From an uncultured Alphaproteobacteria bacterium (GTDB lineage Bacteria > Pseudomonadota > Alphaproteobacteria > Rhizobiales > Hyphomicrobiaceae), in contig CAWFWU010000010.1 of assembly GCA_963819605.1 (NCBI GenBank), positions 101,710 through 165,709 on the forward strand: a DNA stretch of 64,000 nucleotides, written 5' to 3'. How positions within the stretch are numbered: position 1 is the stretch's first letter; each line of letters starts with the position of its first letter. The notes beneath the pieces are model-generated. The model made no database searches. It worked only from the letters and a program-made list of their open reading frames with translations, and was not told where the DNA came from. A program made the translations under genes and the position numbers. Shown in pieces: positions 1-11,178 of this stretch.

Positions 1-319
1 CGGCCGGTGGGCCCTCGCGAATAATCTCTTCCGAGGCGACGGACTCAAATCCAGCAAGGTTCAACTTGCGCCGGAAAAGGCGAAACAGCGCCTTGGCTTT
101 GGTTGTCTCTTCTTCAAGTTGCTTTTGGCGAACGCCCATCCAGTGCTGATATTCACCGGGCTCAATGACATAGAGCATCACGATCGTACCAGACGACCGC
201 TGCACGCGGGACGCTGTGTAATAGAGTGCGCTTTCCACTTCCTGGCTCTCGTCCACGACGAGCAGGAACTTGCGGGTATGACCAGATTCGAATGACCGGC
301 GCGGCTTCATCGCATTCAT
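1..319 (-). CDS. Universal stress protein (UspA family), runs off the window edge
   Basis: My translation from ATG at 319: MNAMKPRRSFESGHTRKFLLVVDESQEVESALYYTASRVQRSSGTIVMLYVIEPGEYQHWMGV..., a Usp-type beta1-alpha1-beta2 start; directly downstream of trpS. Absent from the supplied ORF track because it is partial. Confidence 0.75.
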   Translation of the reverse strand, partial: MNAMKPRRSFESGHTRKFLLVVDESQEVESALYYTASRVQRSSGTIVMLYVIEPGEYQHWMGVRQKQLEEETTKAKALFRLFRRKLNLAGFESVASEEIIREGPPA

Positions 320-362
320 GCTGCCATCCCTGAGGCTTCACCGCAATCGAAGAGATATGTGG

Positions 363-1400
363 TTACGAGCGCAACAGGCCCACGATGTCCTTGACTTGAT
401 CCATGACCGGCTTGGCAATGGCGCGCGCCCGGGCCGAACCGCCGGCCAGGACCTTATCGATTTCCGCAGGATCGGCCATCAGCCGCTGTGCCTCCCCGCC
501 GATTTTGCCGAGCTTGTCGGTTGCCACTTCCGCGAGCGCCTTTTTGAAGGCGGAGAATTGCTGACCACCGAAGTCTTTAAGGACGCCTTCAACAGGCGTA
601 TCGGTCAGGGCCGCGTAAATGCCAACGAGGTTTTCAGCTTCCGGGCGGCCTTCGAAGCCCTTTTTCTCGCTTGGAATGCCGTCGGCGTCGGTTTTGGCCT
701 TCTGAATCTTTTTGGCGATCGTATCGGCATCGTCGGTCATGTTGATGCGTGACAAATCCGAGGGGTCGGACTTCGACATCTTTTTGGTGCCGTCGCGCAG
801 GCTCATGACGCGCGTCGCGGGGCCTGTGATCACCGGATCAGGCTGGGGAAAGAAAATGCCGCCGGCAAATCCAGCGGCAACGATTTCCTTCTTGAAGTCG
901 TTGTTGAATTTCTGCGCAATATCGCGCGCCAGTTCGAGATGCTGCTTTTGATCCTCGCCAACGGGCACGTGCGTCGCGCGATAGACGAGAATGTCGGCCG
1001 CCATCAGATTCGGGTATGCATACAATCCAACGGACGCCTGCTCTTTGTCCTTGCCAGCTTTCTCCTTGAACTGGGTCATGCGATTAAGCCAGCCAAGGCG
1101 CGCGACGCAGTTAAAGACCCACGCGAGTTCCGCGTGCTCGACGACTTGGGATTGGTTGAAGAGGATGCTCTTCTTCGGGTCGAGTCCGGCGGCGATGTAG
1201 GCGGCCGTGACCTGGCGGATGGAATTGCGAAGTTCAGCTGGGTCTTGCCACACCGTGATGGCGTGCAGATCAACGACGCAATAGATGCACTCGTGCGTCT
1301 CCTGCATCTTGATCCAATTGACCATGGCGCCGAGATAATTGCCGAGATGCAAGCTCCCGGTCGGTTGCATGCCGGAAAAGACGCGCGGGCTATTCTTCAT
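363..1400 (-). CDS. trpS: Tryptophan--tRNA ligase
   Basis: [14 protein letters not shown] (HIGH-like), [12 protein letters not shown] and KMSKS motifs. Confidence 0.98.
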   Translation of the reverse strand: MKNSPRVFSGMQPTGSLHLGNYLGAMVNWIKMQETHECIYCVVDLHAITVWQDPAELRNSIRQVTAAYIAAGLDPKKSILFNQSQVVEHAELAWVFNCVARLGWLNRMTQFKEKAGKDKEQASVGLYAYPNLMAADILVYRATHVPVGEDQKQHLELARDIAQKFNNDFKKEIVAAGFAGGIFFPQPDPVITGPATRVMSLRDGTKKMSKSDPSDLSRINMTDDADTIAKKIQKAKTDADGIPSEKKGFEGRPEAENLVGIYAALTDTPVEGVLKDFGGQQFSAFKKALAEVATDKLGKIGGEAQRLMADPAEIDKVLAGGSARARAIAKPVMDQVKDIVGLLRS

Positions 1401-1486
1401 CGTGATCCCAATCTTTGAATACGGCGCGGGTTATGGCCCGTCACATCAGGTGAGGCAAGGGCGAACATGGTTTTTGCCGGCCGGGA

Positions 1487-3067
1487 TCAGCCTGACCGGC
1501 GGGTAAACCGCTTCAACTGGGACGGCGTCATGACGCCCGTTGCCAGAATGAAAATAGCAAACGTCAAGAGACCAATCGTGACGAGGGCCGCGAGCGCCGC
1601 CGCTTCAACGAGTATCCCTCGCGACGCTTGCATAATGGGTCCAAGCCACCCGCTCGCCACATAGAGGACCGCTGCCATGGCAACGCTTGCCAAGCCTATC
1701 AAGGGCAAATTGCGGCGCAAGCGGTCATCAGTCTTGAAGTTACCGCGCTCGTGAAGTGTCGACCAAAGCAGCCACGCATTGAGCCAGCCGCCTAGCGACG
1801 TTGCCACCGCGATGCCAAGTTGCGGCATCCAGCCCCAACTGCGAAACAGGAAGAACAGCGCGATCGAGCCGAGCGTATTCGCCGTCAAACTGATCGCGGC
1901 GAAGCGCATCGGCGTTTTGGTGTCTTCGCGGGCGAAATAAGCCGGCGAGAAGACTTTGATCAACACGAATGCCGGCAGCCCAAGCGCAAAAATAGAAAGG
2001 ACTGCGGCTGTCGCTTGCGTATCTGACGCCTTAAACGCGCCGCGCTCGAACAGCACGTGGATGATTTCGGCCGGAATAATAGCCAGCGCCAGCGCGGCAG
2101 GAATCGTCAGCAGCATTGCGAATTCGAGGCTGCGATTTTGGCTGTCCATCACGCCGTCCATATTGCCGGCGCGCAATTGACGGGCAACATCCGGAAGCAA
2201 CACCACGCCGACGGCGATGCCGACGATGGCGAGCGGCAACTCATAGAGACGGTCGGCGTAGTAGAGCTGCGAGACGGCACCCGGCTGCATGGTTGCGATC
2301 ATCGTGCCGATTGCGATATTGAGCTGCGTCACACCGCCTGAAACGATACCCGGAATACCGAGCTGCCAAAGCCGCCTGAGATCATCGGTCCACTTGGGCC
2401 ATCGCAGCTTCAGCGTCAACCCGGCGCGCTTCATGCCCCACATGAGCAGCATCAGCTGGAGAATGCCGGCGGCGAATACGCCGAGTGCCTGAATGATACC
2501 GGCTTCCGCTCCGGCCTTGTAGCCGAGCCACAACGCTATCAGCGTCGCAGATGTCATCACCACGTTGAGTACGATCGAGACCGATGAACTTTCCGCAAAC
2601 CGCCCGACCGAATTCAACGCACCCGACATGAGCGCGACCAGAGACATGCACAAAAGATAAGGCATGGTGATGCGCGTCAGCAAAACGGCGAGATCGAATT
2701 TTTGAGGCTCGGCATCGAAACCGGGCGCTAGTCCATACATCAAGAACGGCATAGTCAGTTCCGCGACGATGGTCAGAATGAGCAGGATAAATAGAAGTCC
2801 CGCCATCGCCTCCTCGGCAAAAACGCGCGCGGCTTCCTTGCCCTCGCCTTCTACTTTTTTGGCGAAAATAGGCACGAACGCCGAATTGAATGCGCCTTCG
2901 CCGAATAACCGGCGGAACAAGTTTGGAAAGCGGAAAGCAACGACGAAGGCGTCCGCCACCCAGCCGGTACCGAGCGACGCTGCTATCAAGATGTCGCGGA
3001 CAAAGCCGAACACGCGGCTCAGAAGCGTCAACCCGCCGACGGTCGCGAAGGATTTGTAGAGTTTCAT
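1487..3067 (-). CDS. murJ: Lipid II flippase MurJ (MviN)
   Basis: T-LLSRVFGFVRD, AFRFPNLFRRLFGEGA, YYADRLYELP motifs; many hydrophobic helices. Confidence 0.96.
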   Translation of the reverse strand: MKLYKSFATVGGLTLLSRVFGFVRDILIAASLGTGWVADAFVVAFRFPNLFRRLFGEGAFNSAFVPIFAKKVEGEGKEAARVFAEEAMAGLLFILLILTIVAELTMPFLMYGLAPGFDAEPQKFDLAVLLTRITMPYLLCMSLVALMSGALNSVGRFAESSSVSIVLNVVMTSATLIALWLGYKAGAEAGIIQALGVFAAGILQLMLLMWGMKRAGLTLKLRWPKWTDDLRRLWQLGIPGIVSGGVTQLNIAIGTMIATMQPGAVSQLYYADRLYELPLAIVGIAVGVVLLPDVARQLRAGNMDGVMDSQNRSLEFAMLLTIPAALALAIIPAEIIHVLFERGAFKASDTQATAAVLSIFALGLPAFVLIKVFSPAYFAREDTKTPMRFAAISLTANTLGSIALFFLFRSWGWMPQLGIAVATSLGGWLNAWLLWSTLHERGNFKTDDRLRRNLPLIGLASVAMAAVLYVASGWLGPIMQASRGILVEAAALAALVTIGLLTFAIFILATGVMTPSQLKRFTRRSG

Positions 3068-3153
3068 GGAAGAAGGGAAGTAAAGCGCTTCGGCAGGCCG
3101 GGCAAGGGGAACAATTATCTGCTCAGCCGTCTACCGGTTTCCTGGTGTGCGCC

Positions 3154-5463
3154 TTATTCGGCGCGCGGCGCTGCCTCTACGACAGGACACGCATCTGCCG
3201 ATTCCCCTTTTTGCTTCATCACCCAGAACGCGCGTTTGTTATCCGGCCGGCTACTCGGATACTGGCACTCTGCAAACTCGTAGGTCGCGTTTTCGTCGGC
3301 GATCCGGCCGGGTGGAGACTTGATGACCCGGTCGGTCGATAAAATGCCTTTGATCTGTTCGAGTATTTCCGGCTCGAATGCGAATGCACTGTGATTCGCG
3401 CCGATGAACCGGCGCAGATTTCCCGAGCAATACCTGCCGCCTGAAGCATAAGTGACATCGACAACATCGACGCGGCCCGCCTCTTCCGGGAGTTCGATCG
3501 GGCGGCGGGACGAATCGAGCCCTCCCGCGCGCGGGCTGTTGCCTCGCAAGAGTTTAGAAAAGGCGATCGCGCCATCGCACGCGGAGGCGAATACAGTCAC
3601 GGTTCGCGCGAACTTCGCGATGTCCGGAATTTTCCTCTGAAATACAACGTCGGCAACATCGGGTGCCGCGAAAATCAAGTTCCTGAGCCGGACTCGATCT
3701 GTGCGTTCCTCGCCCTGACGCCGGTCGAATACGGCCGAGCGATTGCCGAGCGCGCGCAACAGAATTTGCGATCCCATACTGTGGGCGACGATGTCGAGTT
3801 CGAGACTCTTTGTGCGGCTCATAATAAGCTTGAGAAAGTACTGGAGATCGATCTCCGCCTGTTCGGCGATATCGATCGACGGCAAGTAAGCCCACTGGCT
3901 ATCTCGTGCCGGCCAGCTGAATAAGTAAACACGGCCCTTAAATTCCGAAGCGGCGGCCATTTGGGCAGCGCGCAAAACCCCGTCGGCGAACGAGTTGTTG
4001 TAGCCGTGCACGAATAGCATGGCCTTGGTCCAGCTATTCTTCACGGGATCCACGAAGTCCAAGTCATGGTCTTCGCTGACCTGATAGCCATGACGGATTG
4101 GACTGGCGGTTACGTCATAGTGGGCGTAACGCAAATTCGATGCACTGCCCGGATCTCCTTTTCCAACGAGACCGCGCAGATCAAATTCCAGCTTATAATT
4201 ATCTGGCACCCACACACGCGTGCAGCCTATGTGTAAGGCCGTATCCGGATCGGATTTGAAGAGTTCTCCGGCGGCTGCCTTGTTCGCTGCAGTGGCATCG
4301 CGGGATTGATACTTTTCGTGTTCCTTGCAATTCGTTGCGTAAACCACTGCAATCCATTGTCCGAACGTCTCGCGCTTGTTGACGCAATCCTTGCCGGTTT
4401 GCGCCAGCGTCCAGCCATTGAGCCGCTTGTAATCGCTGAGCATCAAATTCCACAGCACCTTGGTGAGGCGCTCCCAGTTCCGGGACAGCAACTGCTCCTC
4501 GTTCAGAGCAGCCCGGGCTTCCGGATCGGGATCGGGCAGCTTTGGTGCCGCGCGTGCCGCATCGGGCAATGGGTTCCAATCCGCGGTGAACTTCATACCG
4601 AGCACGCGGTTGCCGCGCCCCCAGCCGGCAGCGTTGTTGAGAAAGGTGGTGCCGCTCTTGTTTCTGGTTGCCGACTCGATGACGAAATCTTCACTCGTTA
4701 TCTCGCTGAAGAACATCCTGCGCCACACTTCGTCGCCGTCCGGTTCATCGGGCAGCAGCATCCCGGCGAGTGACAGCGGCGTATTCGCGCTCGTGCCTTG
4801 GACGAAACTGTGAACCCGGATGCTCTTGTCCGCACTACTAGTGTAAGTCCGCCATTGCGATCCGCTGCTGCCGGAGTCGGGCGTTTGCGAAACTAGTGCG
4901 GCGGGCAACCTCAAATTGCCGCCAAAAAATTGATCGCCGCCCGAAACGTCCTTGAACCCAGCAAATTTTTCCACCTCGTCCGCGACCCGGGCCAGTTCGG
5001 ATTTTTCCGTGTCGTTGAGGCCGCCAAAATTTTCTGTTCCTGAGGCAGACCTGAGAGCCATCACTGCTTCGCGAAAGTCATTGAGGGAGACGTGGCCAAG
5101 TTCGGCATCGAGAAGCCCTGAAGAAACCAACTGGCGATGCAAGCCCTCGTTTTTGAAATCGGCAAGTAGCTTAGCGCCCATAATCCGAACATTGCGAAGA
5201 TCGGCAAGTAGCGCTTCTTCGCTAGAGGTCAATACGCCGTCGCTATCGTGGGGCGACCCGACAAGGAGGCGGAATTTCCAGACCGCCTTGGCGTACGTGC
5301 TCTGCTCCAAGCCGTAGATGTTCTTGTCGGCGAGCTTCGTTCTGAACTCAGGGAAGAGTTCCAGCAAGGCACGCTGAGCGGGGGCTTCAGCCGCGCGCAC
5401 CGGCGATGATTGGGAACCCGATATGAGCAGAAACGCAAATAGTAAGCTCGGAAGTACACGCAT
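3154..5463 (-). CDS. Secreted protein with long unknown N-terminal region and C-terminal DUF900-type alpha/beta hydrolase
   Basis: Signal peptide MRVLPSLLFAFLLISGSQSSPVRA; FVHGYNNSF, LFSWPA, VAHSMG nucleophile elbow, FAAPDV. Confidence 0.75.
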   Translation of the reverse strand: MRVLPSLLFAFLLISGSQSSPVRAAEAPAQRALLELFPEFRTKLADKNIYGLEQSTYAKAVWKFRLLVGSPHDSDGVLTSSEEALLADLRNVRIMGAKLLADFKNEGLHRQLVSSGLLDAELGHVSLNDFREAVMALRSASGTENFGGLNDTEKSELARVADEVEKFAGFKDVSGGDQFFGGNLRLPAALVSQTPDSGSSGSQWRTYTSSADKSIRVHSFVQGTSANTPLSLAGMLLPDEPDGDEVWRRMFFSEITSEDFVIESATRNKSGTTFLNNAAGWGRGNRVLGMKFTADWNPLPDAARAAPKLPDPDPEARAALNEEQLLSRNWERLTKVLWNLMLSDYKRLNGWTLAQTGKDCVNKRETFGQWIAVVYATNCKEHEKYQSRDATAANKAAAGELFKSDPDTALHIGCTRVWVPDNYKLEFDLRGLVGKGDPGSASNLRYAHYDVTASPIRHGYQVSEDHDLDFVDPVKNSWTKAMLFVHGYNNSFADGVLRAAQMAAASEFKGRVYLFSWPARDSQWAYLPSIDIAEQAEIDLQYFLKLIMSRTKSLELDIVAHSMGSQILLRALGNRSAVFDRRQGEERTDRVRLRNLIFAAPDVADVVFQRKIPDIAKFARTVTVFASACDGAIAFSKLLRGNSPRAGGLDSSRRPIELPEEAGRVDVVDVTYASGGRYCSGNLRRFIGANHSAFAFEPEILEQIKGILSTDRVIKSPPGRIADENATYEFAECQYPSSRPDNKRAFWVMKQKGESADACPVVEAAPRAE

Positions 5464-5535
5464 CGAAACCCCACACCCACACCAGTACTAATGGTTTCTA
5501 GCATTTTGAGTACTGCGAGAGAATAGTTTAGAACG

Positions 5536-8322
5536 CTAGCCGGCCGGTTTGGCTTCGACTGGTGCCTGAATTGCTGCATGACCTGAGGGCTGTGCGCCTT
5601 GCAGCACTATCGTCAGGCGCTCCCGGATCGCGCTTTGTCTCGTATCATTATCGATCTTCTTGCCCGTCAAATCAGTGACATAAAACACGTCCACTGCCTT
5701 TTCGCCGAAGGTCGTTATGTGGGCCGAGGTGATATCGAGGGAGAGGTCAGAAAGGCTGCTGGTCAAGTCGTAGAGCAAACCCGGCCTATCGCGTCCGGCC
5801 ACTTCGATGACGGTGAAACGCTCGGATAATGCACTGTTGATGACCACTTCAGGTTCGACAGTAAACGCCTCTACACCGCGCACGCCGGAACGCTTTTTCT
5901 GCAGGAGCGTTGCAAGCCGCTCTTTGCCATCGAGCAGCCGGTCAATCGTATCGCCAATACGATTGGCGCGGCGGATTTCGTCGTCGTCGCTTGGGAACTC
6001 CCGGTTGAGCAGGAATGTATCGAGGGCAAAGCCGTCGCGCGTCGTCGTAATATGGGCGCCTGCGATGTTGGCGCCCGCCGCCGCGCAAGCTCCTGCGAAC
6101 AAGGCCAACAGGCGTGGATGGTTCGGCGCATAAACGGTCAGCTCCGTCACGGCGGTGAAACTGTCTGTTTTCACGCCGGTTGCAAGTTTCTTACCGGCAC
6201 TCTCGGCGCTTAGTAAGAGTTCAGCGTGCTCAACCTGAGTTGCCGTGTCAGTTCTCAGCCAGTAGTTGGCATAGTGCCGGTTAATAAAAGTCTGCACGTC
6301 AGCGGCTGGCCATTTGGCAAGCGCACTACGTAATGCGTCCTGAGATTCCGCAAGCCGCTCCTTGCGTCGTGTCTGCGTATGTCCGCCTGTGACCAGAGGC
6401 TCGGTTTCGTAATAGAGCGTGCGCAACAACTGACCCTTCCAGCCGTTCCAAACACCGGGACCGACGGCCCGGATATCGGAAACCGTCAAAAGGAAGAGCA
6501 GATTGAGGCGCTCGGGACTTTGCACACGCGCGGCAAAATCCTGCGCCGTTCTGGGGTCCGAGATATCGCGCGATTGCGCCACGTTGCTCATCGTCAAGTG
6601 CTCTTCGATCAGCCAGGCAACGAGTTCGGTTTCCGCTGCTGTCATGCCGAAGCGCGGACATAGCTCTCGCGCGACGCGCGCGCCGACAATCGAATGATCT
6701 TCGGTCCGGCCCTTCCCGATGTCGTGGAGGAACGCCGCCACGAAAAGGGCACGTCTGTTTTGAATCGATTTTATGATCGATGTCGATAGCGGCAACTCCA
6801 CCGCCATATCGCCTTTCTCGACCTCGATGAGATTGCCGACGGTACGCAACAAATGCTCATCAACCGTAAAGTGATGGTACATGTTGAACTGCATCATCGC
6901 GACGACGCGGCCGAAATCGGGAATGAACCGCCCCAAGACGCCAGCTTCATTCATGCGCCTGAGGACACTTTCAGGGTCGGACGATTGCGTTATCAAGTCG
7001 AGAAAGATCCGGTTTGCTTCTTCGTCGTTCCTCACTTTGTCGTCGATCAGGCGCAGCGACTGCCGCAACTGTCGGATCGCATTGGGATGCAGGTAGCCGC
7101 CCGTACTTTCTGCATGCGCAAAAAAGCGGATAAGATTGACGGGATCGCGTTTGAAGACGTCGGGATCGGAAACATTGAGGCGTTCGTTATCGACGCGAAA
7201 ATCGGTGCGCTGGCGCACCTGGCGCCGCCCTGCCCAGCCGAGTGGCTTGAAAAACCGGCTCAGCCTTGGCACTGCTTTCAGCTGCTGCATTTCCAATGCG
7301 CCGCACAGAATAGTGGTCAAATCGCCAACTTCCTTGGCAACGAGAAAATAGTGTTTCATGAAGCGTTCGACGGCACGCATGCCGCCGCGTTCGGAATACT
7401 TGAGGCCAGCCGCCATTGCGGGCTGCAACTCAAACGTCACGACTTCTTCCGCGCGCCCGGTCAAGAAGTGCAGCATGCAGCGCACGCTCCAGAGGAAATC
7501 TTCGCACTTGCCAAATGTCTGCACTTCTTCTGGCGTAAAGATTCCAGCCTTGACGGCGGCTTGCCCCACCTCTTGGCCGAAGATGTATTTCGACAACCAA
7601 TGCAGAGTATGCAAGTCACGCAAACCGCCCTTGCCGTCCTTCACGTTCGGTTCGACTTTGTAGCGGCTCTCGCCGGACCTGCGGATTCGCTCGTCGCGCT
7701 CGGCCATCTTCGCGTCGATAAACTGGCGGGCGGTGCCCTTGATCACATCCGAGCGGAACCGGTCCTCGAATTCGGCAAAGAGCTGGCGGTCACCGTGGAT
7801 GAGGCGCGCGTCAAGAAGCGCCGTGCGGATGGTGATGTCCGACGTGCCGAGTTTCACGCACTGATCAACGGTACGCGTTGCGTGACCGACTTTAAAACCG
7901 AGATCCCACAGCAGGTAGAGCATGTATTCGGCAACGCTTTCGCCCCAGGGGGTTTGCTTGTAGGGCAGTAAAAACAGCAGATCGATGTCGGACCCGGGTG
8001 CCAGAAGTCCGCGCCCATAGCCGCCAGTCGCAACAACGGCCATGCGCTCGGCGTCCGAAGGGTTGGTCGCGCGGTAAACATGGGTCACGGTATAATCATA
8101 GATCAGACGGATCAGTTCGTCTTGGAAACGCGACAGAGCCGCCGCGCAACTGCGGCCATTGCCGGTTGCCTCAAGGTGCTCGCGTGCCGTGTACCGCGCG
8201 AGTTTGACCAAGGCCTTCAGGCACTCAACGACAGCGGGACGCGGATCCACGCGATCATTGTAAAGGCCGGTGAGCGCTTCGCGCAGCTTTTGCGGATCAA
8301 AGAAAGGCGGATGCTTCAGCAT
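5536..8322 (-). CDS. glnD: [Protein-PII] uridylyltransferase/uridylyl-removing enzyme
   Basis: ATGGYGRG..SDIDLL NTase, HHFTVDEH and HDIGKG HD domain, two C-terminal ACT domains. Confidence 0.97.
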   Translation of the reverse strand: MLKHPPFFDPQKLREALTGLYNDRVDPRPAVVECLKALVKLARYTAREHLEATGNGRSCAAALSRFQDELIRLIYDYTVTHVYRATNPSDAERMAVVATGGYGRGLLAPGSDIDLLFLLPYKQTPWGESVAEYMLYLLWDLGFKVGHATRTVDQCVKLGTSDITIRTALLDARLIHGDRQLFAEFEDRFRSDVIKGTARQFIDAKMAERDERIRRSGESRYKVEPNVKDGKGGLRDLHTLHWLSKYIFGQEVGQAAVKAGIFTPEEVQTFGKCEDFLWSVRCMLHFLTGRAEEVVTFELQPAMAAGLKYSERGGMRAVERFMKHYFLVAKEVGDLTTILCGALEMQQLKAVPRLSRFFKPLGWAGRRQVRQRTDFRVDNERLNVSDPDVFKRDPVNLIRFFAHAESTGGYLHPNAIRQLRQSLRLIDDKVRNDEEANRIFLDLITQSSDPESVLRRMNEAGVLGRFIPDFGRVVAMMQFNMYHHFTVDEHLLRTVGNLIEVEKGDMAVELPLSTSIIKSIQNRRALFVAAFLHDIGKGRTEDHSIVGARVARELCPRFGMTAAETELVAWLIEEHLTMSNVAQSRDISDPRTAQDFAARVQSPERLNLLFLLTVSDIRAVGPGVWNGWKGQLLRTLYYETEPLVTGGHTQTRRKERLAESQDALRSALAKWPAADVQTFINRHYANYWLRTDTATQVEHAELLLSAESAGKKLATGVKTDSFTAVTELTVYAPNHPRLLALFAGACAAAGANIAGAHITTTRDGFALDTFLLNREFPSDDDEIRRANRIGDTIDRLLDGKERLATLLQKKRSGVRGVEAFTVEPEVVINSALSERFTVIEVAGRDRPGLLYDLTSSLSDLSLDITSAHITTFGEKAVDVFYVTDLTGKKIDNDTRQSAIRERLTIVLQGAQPSGHAAIQAPVEAKPAG

Positions 8323-8331
8323 GTTGAGAGA

Positions 8332-11178
8332 TTACCGCTCCTTCTTGCGCAGGGCACCTGCGAGAGATTTGAGTTCGTAAAGTTTTTCCAATGCCGCCTT
8401 TGGTGTCAATTCATCAGGCCGCACGGATTCGAGCATTTTTTCTATCTCGGAACCTTTTGGCTGACTTGGCCCGCTTTTGGGACGTACGGCAGCAAACAGA
8501 GGCAAATCGTCGAGCGCCGCCTCCTTGTCGCGCGGACGCCGGTCGCTCTTTTCCAGGAGCGCAAGCACTTCTCCCGCACGATTGACAACCGTTTGCGGAA
8601 GCCCCGCGAGCTTTGCAACTTGAATGCCATACGACCTGTTCGCAGCGCCCGCCTTGACCTTGTGCAAGAAAACAATCTCATCGTGCCACTCGGCAACATC
8701 CATGGTCACATTGGCTACTCCCGGCAAGCGGCGCGCCAATGCCGTCAGCTCATGGTAATGGGTTGCAAATAAGCAGCGGGCCTTGGTCACATCGTGTAGA
8801 TATTCAACTGTCGCCCAGGCAATCGAAAGACCGTCGAACGTTGCTGTGCCACGCCCAATTTCATCAAGTATTACGAGCGAGCGATTTGTTGCTTGATGCA
8901 GGATTGCTGCGGTCTCGACCATCTCAACCATAAAGGTCGAGCGCCCGCGCGCGAGGTCGTCCGATGCGCCGACGCGCGAAAACAGCCGGTCCACAATGCC
9001 GATGTGGGCGGATTTCGCGGGAACATAAGATCCAATCTGTGCCAAGACCGTCATCAAAGCGTTCTGACGCAGGAACGTCGATTTACCTGCCATGTTCGGA
9101 CCAGTCACGAGCCAGATCCGTGCGTCCGGCATTTCGTCGAACCCGGGCGGGGGAGCCGGACCTGCACGGCTCAACAAACAGTCGTTTTCAATGAACCCAC
9201 TTGTTTGCGATCCCGCCAGAGCCTGTTCTACGACCGAATGACGGCCACCGCGAATGTCGAACGTCTCGGAGGCATCGATTATGGGGCGCACATAATTCTG
9301 TTCGCGCGCCAGTACGGCAAGACTGGCGTACACGTCCAACACTGCAAGCGCCGACGCAACCCGGCCGAGCGCTTGATCCTGCTCGCCAATCGAGTGCGCC
9401 AACGCGTTGAAGATATCCTGTTCAAGATTTAGCGAGCGTTCAGTGGCAGTCGCGATCTGACCCTCGATCTCAATCAGCTCGGCCGTCGTGAAGCGCACCG
9501 CATTGGCCATTGTCTGGCGATGCCGGAATATTTCGCTAAGTGGTACCGAAAGCAAAGGTTTGGCATTAAGTTGCGTCGCTTCGATGAAGTAACCAAGGAT
9601 ATTGTTGTGACGCACTTTGAGAGTTTTGATTCCCGTCTCATCGACATAGCGCGCTTCGAGCGCCGCCATAACCGTACGGCTATCGTCACGCAAGCGGCGG
9701 GCGTCGTCCAGATCCTTGCTGTATCCGGATTTGATAAATCCGCCGTCGCGGCGCAAGTGCGGAAGTTCCTCCCCAAGCGCGGATTGAAGTGCCGCCACAA
9801 GCGCCGGCGCCACGCCCGAAAGCTCCTTTGCGATATCAGCCAACGCCATTGGCAGGCCAAGCCCGTCGGAAGACTGCTTGAGTGTTTGGCAGCATAACGA
9901 GGCTGCGGCCAACCCATCTCGCACAGCGCCGAGATCGCGCGGACCGCCACGGCCGAACGCAAGCCGGGTCAAAGCGCGGGCAATGTCGGGTGCCGAGCGC
10001 AGCGCCTCTCTCACGTCGTCACTCAGGCGCGGACGCTCAGCCAAAAAGCTGACGGCATCCAACCGGGCTTCAATCGCCTCCACGTTTGCAAGCGGACTGA
10101 CGAGCCGGGCCTGCAACTCGCGCGCGCCGGCGCCAGTTATCGTTCTGTCGATTGCAGACAACAAACTGCCCGACTTGCCGCCCGAGGAAGAGCGCACAAG
10201 TTCGAGACTCGCACGGCTTGCCGCATCGATTGTCAGAATAAAATCGGACCCTGTCTTTTTCGGCGCCCGGAGCAGTGGTTTGCGCCCCATCTGGGTGAGA
10301 TCGATGTATTTCAGCACGGCGCCGGTGGCTGCAAGTTCGGCGCGCGAGAACGTGCCAAAGGCTCCCAGCTCTTTGACACCAAGGCGCGCCTTGAGATCGC
10401 GTTCGCCCGAAATGCTGTCAAAATATGTTGCGGGAACTGGCGTCGGCTTTGCGCCCGCCACGTCGATCCATCTAAGCAGTTCGCTATCACGCAACAGGCC
10501 GTCCGATACCACTATCTCACTTGGCGATAGCCGCACGAGTTCGCCAGCGAGATCCGGGCCCTTGACCTCGCCAATTTCGCATTCGCCGGTCGAGATATCG
10601 ACCGATGCTAGCGCCAATGCGGCGCCCGGAGACAGAACGGAGCCATCCAATTCGCCATAGCGGAAAATTGCGGTCAGGTAATTTCGCGCCTTCGCGTCAA
10701 GCAGCGCCTCTTCCGTCAATGTGCCGGGCGTGACGAGGCGCACAACATCGCGTTTGACGACAGCTTTGGAGCCGCGCTTACGTGCTTCCGCCGGATCTTC
10801 GAGCTGCTCGCACACGGCAACGCGAAAGCCTTGGCGTATCAGCCGCTGCAGGTATTCATCGGCGCGATGGATCGGGACGCCGCACATCGGAATGTCCGAT
10901 CCTGCATGCTTGCCGCGTTTGGTCAGAACAATTCCGAGCGCCTGCGAGGCAACGGCCGCGTCCTCGAAAAAAAGTTCGTAAAAATCGCCCATCCGGTACC
11001 AGAGCAGGCTATCTGGATTGGCTGCCTTGATTTCCAGGTACTGCGCCATGGAGGGCGTCGCATCGATAGGCGCGGCACGAGTGCCGCCTGCATCCGGTTG
11101 CACGGACGTGTCCGCACCCGCAGCAACAGGGTCATACTCGCCGCTAATGCCGGTCTCTGATGCGCGCCGCTTCGACAT
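8332..11178 (-). CDS. mutS: DNA mismatch repair protein MutS
   Basis: TPSMAQYLEIK, RMGDFYELF, TGPNMAGKST, DEIGRGT, FATHYHEL. Confidence 0.98.
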   Translation of the reverse strand: MSKRRASETGISGEYDPVAAGADTSVQPDAGGTRAAPIDATPSMAQYLEIKAANPDSLLWYRMGDFYELFFEDAAVASQALGIVLTKRGKHAGSDIPMCGVPIHRADEYLQRLIRQGFRVAVCEQLEDPAEARKRGSKAVVKRDVVRLVTPGTLTEEALLDAKARNYLTAIFRYGELDGSVLSPGAALALASVDISTGECEIGEVKGPDLAGELVRLSPSEIVVSDGLLRDSELLRWIDVAGAKPTPVPATYFDSISGERDLKARLGVKELGAFGTFSRAELAATGAVLKYIDLTQMGRKPLLRAPKKTGSDFILTIDAASRASLELVRSSSGGKSGSLLSAIDRTITGAGARELQARLVSPLANVEAIEARLDAVSFLAERPRLSDDVREALRSAPDIARALTRLAFGRGGPRDLGAVRDGLAAASLCCQTLKQSSDGLGLPMALADIAKELSGVAPALVAALQSALGEELPHLRRDGGFIKSGYSKDLDDARRLRDDSRTVMAALEARYVDETGIKTLKVRHNNILGYFIEATQLNAKPLLSVPLSEIFRHRQTMANAVRFTTAELIEIEGQIATATERSLNLEQDIFNALAHSIGEQDQALGRVASALAVLDVYASLAVLAREQNYVRPIIDASETFDIRGGRHSVVEQALAGSQTSGFIENDCLLSRAGPAPPPGFDEMPDARIWLVTGPNMAGKSTFLRQNALMTVLAQIGSYVPAKSAHIGIVDRLFSRVGASDDLARGRSTFMVEMVETAAILHQATNRSLVILDEIGRGTATFDGLSIAWATVEYLHDVTKARCLFATHYHELTALARRLPGVANVTMDVAEWHDEIVFLHKVKAGAANRSYGIQVAKLAGLPQTVVNRAGEVLALLEKSDRRPRDKEAALDDLPLFAAVRPKSGPSQPKGSEIEKMLESVRPDELTPKAALEKLYELKSLAGALRKKER

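Noticed and set aside
6853-8772. Long antisense ORFs over glnD/mutS, and similar ones over the phosphoesterase, GMC and acs genes
   Set aside because: Shadow ORFs expected in high-GC coding DNA; no motifs and fully overlapping confident genes.
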